A DNA stretch of 63,917 nt, counting the filler, from a bacterium (GTDB lineage Bacteria > JBBIVP01): the NCBI GenBank assembly GCA_037439705.1. It is 9 parts of 9 records of this genome, joined end to end, with 100 filler letters (N's around TTAATTAATTAA, not from the genome) between each part and the next. Parts side by side here need not be neighbours in the genome. Positions count along the whole stretch, not along the records: positions 58,938 to 63,917 come from JBBIVP010000155.1; 8 more parts are not named here. The stretch is one strand, 5' to 3'. Both the position numbers and the translations under genes were made by a program. Under the pieces are notes generated by a model. The model was given only the letters and a program-made list of their open reading frames with translations. It was not told the origin of the DNA and did not search any database. Numbering within the stretch: position 1 is the first letter of the stretch; every line of letters starts with the position of its first letter. Below, piece after piece: positions 59,051 through 63,917 of this stretch.

Positions 59051-59512
59051 TTAAGGCTTTTCATTTTTTCTCCTCTTTTCTATTTCGTTTAGCTCTTTCT
59101 CCCATTTTTCTTTGTCCCATATTTCAAAGGCAAACCCTCCTCCTATAATCGCCACTTCTTTATTTATTCCGACCCTTTGCCTCAAAAATAGAGGGAGTAA
59201 AATTCTGCCATGAGAATCAATCTCTGTGATTTTTGAACTTGACATAGCCCATCTCCTGAAATCAATCTCGCTCTGGTCCACCCTTGGGTCTGAAGGAAGG
59301 TGCGGTTTTATTCTTTCACCCGTTTCCTTCTCCCATTCATCGTATGGAAACACAACAATGCATTTATCACCATCCATCATGAGAACAACCTTTCCCTTTG
59401 CTTTTTTTTCAAGAATTTCTCTAAAATCCGCTGGAATGCTAACCCTTCCCCTGTCGTCAAGAGTATGGAAATAATTATCTGTGAAATAAAACCTTTTACT
59501 CTTTTCTCCCAT
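59051..59512 (-). CDS. mraZ: Division/cell wall cluster transcriptional repressor MraZ
   Basis: LDDRGRVSIPADFR, IDSHGRILLP and FEIWDKEKW. Confidence 0.95.
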   Translation of the reverse strand: MGEKSKRFYFTDNYFHTLDDRGRVSIPADFREILEKKAKGKVVLMMDGDKCIVVFPYDEWEKETGERIKPHLPSDPRVDQSEIDFRRWAMSSSKITEIDSHGRILLPLFLRQRVGINKEVAIIGGGFAFEIWDKEKWEKELNEIEKRRKNEKP

Positions 59513-59550
59513 TTTCTCCCATTTTATCCCACAAATTTTTTAAATGTCAA
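59507..59550 (-). promoter_or_regulatory. mraZ promoter with three MraZ boxes
   Basis: Minus strand TTGACA-N18-TAAAAT; TGGGA x3 with 10-bp period at 59531, 59521 and 59511. Confidence 0.85.
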
Positions 59551-59665
59551 GTGTTTTTTCACTCCCCTTAAAGGAGCACTTTTGTATGGAATAGCATAAG
59601 GATATTCATTATTACCCCCTAAAAACTTGATTTTTAAATTTATGTGTGGTATTAAGGTTTTTAAT

Positions 59666-59749
59666 GCCGAAGTGGTGGAATTGGGAGACACACCATCTTG
59701 AGGGGGTGGCGGGTGAAAACCCGTGGGGGTTCAAGTCCCCCCTTCGGCA
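59666..59749 (+). tRNA. tRNA-Leu(GAG), CCA not encoded
   Basis: GCCGAAG...CCATC-TT-GAG-GG-GGTGG, long variable arm, GGGGG-TTCAAGT-CCCCC-CTTCGGC-A. Confidence 0.96.
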
Positions 59750-59821
59750 CTACTTCAAATAAAAATTTGCTTGAATTGTATGTTGGTTGTGAAATAAAAT
59801 ATATCAAAAAAGGAGGTTGGT

Positions 59822-60412
59822 ATGAAGAGAGGATTGATTTTAATAGTCCTCGTGGCAATCGGTTGTGCTGCTGGAACAAAGGTAACAAGGGTAAGTGAAG
59901 AAGAAACCATTGACCTTTCAGGAAACTGGAACGATACAGATTCAAGACTCGTCTCCCAGGAAATGATTGCAGACTGCCTCTCAAGACCCTGGCTTGATGA
60001 TTTCCTTTCACAGAACAAAAAGAAACCACGCATCATAGTTGGAACGGTGCGAAACAGAAGCCATGAGCACATAAACACACAAACCTTTGTTAAAGACCTG
60101 GAAAGGGAATTGACAAACTCAGGAAGGGTTACTTTCGTAGCGTCAAAGGAACAGAGAGAAGAAATAAGACAGGAAAGGATGGAACAGCAGATTTATTCCT
60201 CACCCGAGACAATGAAAGCCCTCGGTAAGGAATATGGAGCAGACTTTATTCTTCAGGGACAGATAAATACAATTCTCGATGAGGCAGGAGGAAAAAGGCT
60301 CAAGTACTATCAGGTAGAACTTGAACTTATAAACCTTGAGACGAACGAAAAGGTCTGGATAGGACAGAAGAAAATCAAAAAGGTTGTTCAGAGACCTTCA
60401 ACTTCCTGGTGA
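59822..60412 (+). CDS. Penicillin-binding protein activator LpoB-family lipoprotein
   Basis: Lipobox AIGC; DLSGNWNDTDSRLV, VRNRSHEHI, GADFILQGQI and YYQVELELINLET. Confidence 0.85.
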   Translation: MKRGLILIVLVAIGCAAGTKVTRVSEEETIDLSGNWNDTDSRLVSQEMIADCLSRPWLDDFLSQNKKKPRIIVGTVRNRSHEHINTQTFVKDLERELTNSGRVTFVASKEQREEIRQERMEQQIYSSPETMKALGKEYGADFILQGQINTILDEAGGKRLKYYQVELELINLETNEKVWIGQKKIKKVVQRPSTSW

Positions 60413-60432
60413 TTATAAATTAGGGATTGTTT

Positions 60433-61875
60433 ATGAAAAAAAGTATAATTATTAAAAGAGGGATTTTTATCCTCTTATTACTCCTTTCCGCCTGCAGGCA
60501 CAGATTTACCCATTATGAAGAAATAACAAGCCTTATGGCATCTGAAGATTATCTAACCTCTGCCCAGAGGGTGGAAGAAAATAAAGAAAAAGCATACAGC
60601 AAGAACGAAAGGCTTCTTTATTACCTTGACCTTGGAATGCTCTATCATCTTGCAGGAGAATATAAGAAGAGCAACGAGTATTTTGAAGAAGCTGAGAAAA
60701 CAGTTGATGAACTATTTACAAAAAGCATAAGCAAGGAAGCAGCATCCCTTCTGACAAGCGATTATGCAAGACCGTATGACGGGGAGGTTTTTGAAAGGGT
60801 TTTGATAAATGTGATAAGGGCATTGAATTATCTATTTTTAAATCAGATGGATGAGGCGCTCGTTGAAGCAAGAAAGGTTGACCACAAACTTGGTGTTTAC
60901 AAAAATACCTACGGCGGAAAACTTACATATTCAGAAGACGCCTTTGTCAGATGTTTGATGGGCATAATTTATGAGAACAGTGGAGAATTAAACGATGCAT
61001 TTATCTCATACAGAAATGCACTTTATTCGTATCAATACTATATGACGCATTATAATACACCACCTCCACCAGAACTGGGCGGGGATGTAGTGAGGGTCGC
61101 AAAAATTCTTGGATTTTATGAAGAGATAGAAGAACTGAAAAAGGATTTTAAAAAATTAAAGGAAAGAGAAATTCCTGAGGGATACGGAGAGGTTGTTCTG
61201 ATTCACATGAACGGTCTTGCTCCGAGAAAAACTGAATACACAATTCAGATGGCCTACGGAAATGGTCTCGTTTATGTGAGAGCTTCAGAGGTTTCAAGTG
61301 ATGAACAGGCAGATGTTAACAAAGCATTAAATATAGCAGGTTCAATTGCTGCTGATACAAACATATCAATTGCTTTTCCCAAGTTTGAAAGGAGACCATT
61401 CAGGATAAAGGGTTCTTCCATAGAGATTGAAGGAAGAAGTGAATCAGCTGAAACCCGTCTTGTTGAAAATGTGGAGGAGATTGCAATTAAAGACCTGGAA
61501 GACAAAAAAGGAAGAATTTTCGCAAGAACCGTGGCAAGGGCAATTATAAAATACACCCTCGCTTACGCAGGAGGTGCGGGTGCTGGAAAATTGGCAGAGC
61601 ACTTTGGAGGGGAAACCGCTGGAAAAATTGTTGGTTTTCTTTCAAAGAAGGCTTTTGCAGCTGCCGCCAGTGCTACTGAAGAAGCGGATAAAAGGTCCTG
61701 GCAGATACTTCCAGCAGAGTTCAGGATTGGAAGGGTTATACTTCCTGAGGGAACATATACACTTCATCTGATTTTAAAGGATCAATATGGAAATCCGATT
61801 GGAAGAAAAACATTTAAAGATGTAAAGGTTCAAAAAGGAAAGAAAACATTTCTGAGGGTTTCAACGGTATGGTAA
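60433..61875 (+). CDS. COG3014-family TPR-like lipoprotein
   Basis: Lipobox LSAC; LLYYLDLGML, PYDGEVFERV, ALVEARK and EEADKRSWQILP. Confidence 0.85.
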   Translation: MKKSIIIKRGIFILLLLLSACRHRFTHYEEITSLMASEDYLTSAQRVEENKEKAYSKNERLLYYLDLGMLYHLAGEYKKSNEYFEEAEKTVDELFTKSISKEAASLLTSDYARPYDGEVFERVLINVIRALNYLFLNQMDEALVEARKVDHKLGVYKNTYGGKLTYSEDAFVRCLMGIIYENSGELNDAFISYRNALYSYQYYMTHYNTPPPPELGGDVVRVAKILGFYEEIEELKKDFKKLKEREIPEGYGEVVLIHMNGLAPRKTEYTIQMAYGNGLVYVRASEVSSDEQADVNKALNIAGSIAADTNISIAFPKFERRPFRIKGSSIEIEGRSESAETRLVENVEEIAIKDLEDKKGRIFARTVARAIIKYTLAYAGGAGAGKLAEHFGGETAGKIVGFLSKKAFAAAASATEEADKRSWQILPAEFRIGRVILPEGTYTLHLILKDQYGNPIGRKTFKDVKVQKGKKTFLRVSTVW

Positions 61876-62942
61876 AAAGGGTTTTATTGTTTATTTTCAT
61901 TTTTGGATGTGCCTCCAAGCCAGTTTTATCCCCTGAGGGTGAGGAAAAAATAATAGACAGATCGCATCCTGAAAGACCTTCATGGATTTCTGTTCCTCCA
62001 AAAGATACAGAGGATTTCTATTTTTCAGTTGGAGTAAAGACATCCTCTCCTACCCTTGAGGGCGGGGAAACGGATGCGAGAATGGATGCAGGAAGGAAGT
62101 TCGTGGAGAGGCTTTTTGGTGTTGAATTTGCAGGCACCTATCATGGTATAAGGAAGAATTATGAAAAGGAAATATACGATGAAATAGCAGGAAAGAGCAA
62201 GGGAAAGGTGACAGGAGCGAAGGCCAGAGAAATCTACTGGGAAAAATATCAGAAATGGGCAAAAGGAAAAATTACATACGGATACAATGTCTGGGTTCTG
62301 GTTGAAATCAGCAAATCCGCCACAAAGAAAGCCCTTGATGAGGAGTTAAAAAAAATTAATTTTACGCTTGCCTTTGGAAGAGAAACCCTTTCGGAAGTAA
62401 AAAATATGAATGACAAAAAATCAGCACTCAAAAGGCTTTATACTGCTAAAAGCAGGGTTTCTCTTTACGATACTCCGGAAGCTACCAGCCTTGCACTTCA
62501 ACTGGATGAGGAAATAAAAAAACTGGAGGCTAATTTAAAAAGCGTTGGGATTTTCGTTTCAGACCCATCAGTGAGAGCATATGCAGTAAACATATTTAGA
62601 AATGAAAACTTCAACTGTTTTGAAATGCAATTCTCAAAGGGCGAAGATGTATCTTCTTTGATAAACAGAGCAAAGGAAAGAGGTCTTCAATATGCATTTA
62701 TAGAGGATATAAGAATTTCTGAAGGGTCTAAGATAGGTTATATAAATTTCGCAATAGCAAATGGAAGGTTTGATATGATTGATACATCAACAGGTGCAAG
62801 TGTTTTTTCCATACAGGTAAATGAAAAGGGAGGAGGACAATCCTTTGAGCTGGCTACGAAAAATGTGATGAATTTTATAGGGAGAAAACTCGCGGAGGAC
62901 CTCCCTTCAAAATTAAAGGCACTTTTTGGAGGTGAAGAATGA
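61869..62942 (+). CDS. LPP20-like lipoprotein
   Basis: Lipobox IFGC; RPSWI...FYFSVG...DARMDA...EIYWEK...VWVLVEI. Confidence 0.65.
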   Translation: MVKRVLLFIFIFGCASKPVLSPEGEEKIIDRSHPERPSWISVPPKDTEDFYFSVGVKTSSPTLEGGETDARMDAGRKFVERLFGVEFAGTYHGIRKNYEKEIYDEIAGKSKGKVTGAKAREIYWEKYQKWAKGKITYGYNVWVLVEISKSATKKALDEELKKINFTLAFGRETLSEVKNMNDKKSALKRLYTAKSRVSLYDTPEATSLALQLDEEIKKLEANLKSVGIFVSDPSVRAYAVNIFRNENFNCFEMQFSKGEDVSSLINRAKERGLQYAFIEDIRISEGSKIGYINFAIANGRFDMIDTSTGASVFSIQVNEKGGGQSFELATKNVMNFIGRKLAEDLPSKLKALFGGEE

Positions 62943-63748
62943 GAAAAATTTTTGCTTTTTCCTCTTTTTTGATTTTTACAGGATGTGCTACTATCATTCA
63001 CGGAACCAAACAGAATATATTTGTCAATTCATCCCCACAGGGGGCTAAAATTTCAATAAATGGAGTTCCAGTAGCTACCACCCCCGCTAAAATAAAACTT
63101 CCACGAGGTGAATCAACAACTATTTTGATTGAGAAAGAGGATTATAAATCCCGAGGCGTTTTTGTCTCAAGGGGATTGAGCGGATGGTTTTTTGGTAATT
63201 TCCTAATAGGTGGGGTGATTGGAATGATAATAGATGCGGTGGATGGCGCTATGTTCAGACTTTCACCCTCTGAGATATATGCAATTTTATCTGAACAAGA
63301 GGGGAAAAAATTGCATACAATGGCGAAGAAAATGTCGGAAAGGGAAGGAGATATTGCTGTTTTACCTTTAAAGGCAAAGGGGCTATCCTCATCAAATGTT
63401 GAACTTTTGTGGAACACAATGCTTGAAGTATGTGCTGTGAATACCCCTTACAGGGTGATGACAAAAGAAAATGTCTTTGTGATCCTTAGAGAAAAAGAAA
63501 TTGACCCATCTCAGTGCAGTGAGGCTCAATGCAGTGTAGAGTATGGAAGGATGTTACAGGTAGATAAACTCATAACAGGTGAAGTGAGTCTCGTGGAAGG
63601 GGTTTATTATGTAATTTTGAACCTGTATGACCTCTCCTCAGCAGCAGTTGAAAATGCGGTTTCGGATGAGTGCAAAGGATGCGATTTTAATAGACTTTTA
63701 AAACTCATAAAAGAACTGACGAAAAAACTTGTGGAAGTTTTGGGGTAG
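62939..63748 (+). CDS. PEGA-domain lipoprotein with a CsgG/TolB-N-like C-terminal domain
   Basis: TGCATIIHGTKQ...NSSPQGAKISING...TTP; then IAVLPL...CSEAQCSVEYGRMLQVDKLITGEV. Confidence 0.75.
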   Translation: MRKIFAFSSFLIFTGCATIIHGTKQNIFVNSSPQGAKISINGVPVATTPAKIKLPRGESTTILIEKEDYKSRGVFVSRGLSGWFFGNFLIGGVIGMIIDAVDGAMFRLSPSEIYAILSEQEGKKLHTMAKKMSEREGDIAVLPLKAKGLSSSNVELLWNTMLEVCAVNTPYRVMTKENVFVILREKEIDPSQCSEAQCSVEYGRMLQVDKLITGEVSLVEGVYYVILNLYDLSSAAVENAVSDECKGCDFNRLLKLIKELTKKLVEVLG

Positions 63749-63871
63749 TCTGGAATCAGCTCTTGTCTAATTCCCGGTTCCTAATCAGAAAAGCCAAGGG
63801 GGATGTGGTCGCTTCGCTCCAGATGAAAAATGGAGATAACTATTCATCGCCGCAAAATATAAGATACAAAA

Positions 63872-63906
63872 TTTTGCATTTTTCCCTTTGCATTTTGAAT
63901 TTTGCA
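63872..63906. repeat. Degenerate 7-bp tandem repeat (5 units)
   Basis: TTTTGCA TTTTTCC CTTTGCA TTTTGAA TTTTGCA. Confidence 0.6.
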
Positions 63907-63917
63907 ATGTTTAGGTA

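Noticed and set aside
59661-60029. ORFs overlapping tRNA-Leu (59661..60029, 59698..59898) and tRNA-Pro (51244..51483)
   Set aside because: Spurious translations across tRNA genes.
1-63917. CRISPR array, rRNA, integrase/prophage genes, defence systems, selenocysteine read-through
   Set aside because: No regularly spaced repeats, rRNA signatures, recognisable cas/integrase/defence genes or in-frame TGA candidates were seen.

Overview
This window is not one locus. It is nine contigs (eight of about 7 kb, plus the start of a ninth) joined by artificial 100-bp linkers (44 N + TTAATTAATTAA + 44 N) and ordered by decreasing length, so gene context is only meaningful within a contig. The DNA is AT-rich with Glu/Lys-rich proteins and comes from a diderm bacterium. 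Markers such as an MglA GTPase, CFI-box-CTERM, a delta-60 repeat and DUF507 point to a deltaproteobacteria-like lineage, possibly thermophilic (inference). Most genes are housekeeping or envelope genes: a lipid A cluster (lpxC-lpxB-msbA-DUF374-waaA-lpxK), lptFG, pyrR-pyrB-pyrC-carA, dapAB, trpFB, ribF, dnaK, pgi, mraZ-rsmH and three tRNAs (His, Pro, Leu). Many uncharacterised lipoproteins and IS remnants (IS256, IS1634, an unclassified IS-like end) are also present. The most notable observations are: (1) an orphan 49-aa RiPP-precursor-like peptide with its own perfect sigma70 promoter; (2) widespread predicted leaderless transcription; (3) an upstream DNA motif at identical spacing from the -35 box in promoters on different contigs; (4) a three-block dispersed non-coding repeat; (5) an MglA gene without mglB, in an operon with conserved unknown genes; and (6) tandem paralogous lipoproteins of no recognisable family. 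All family calls come from motif recognition by eye; no database searches were run.
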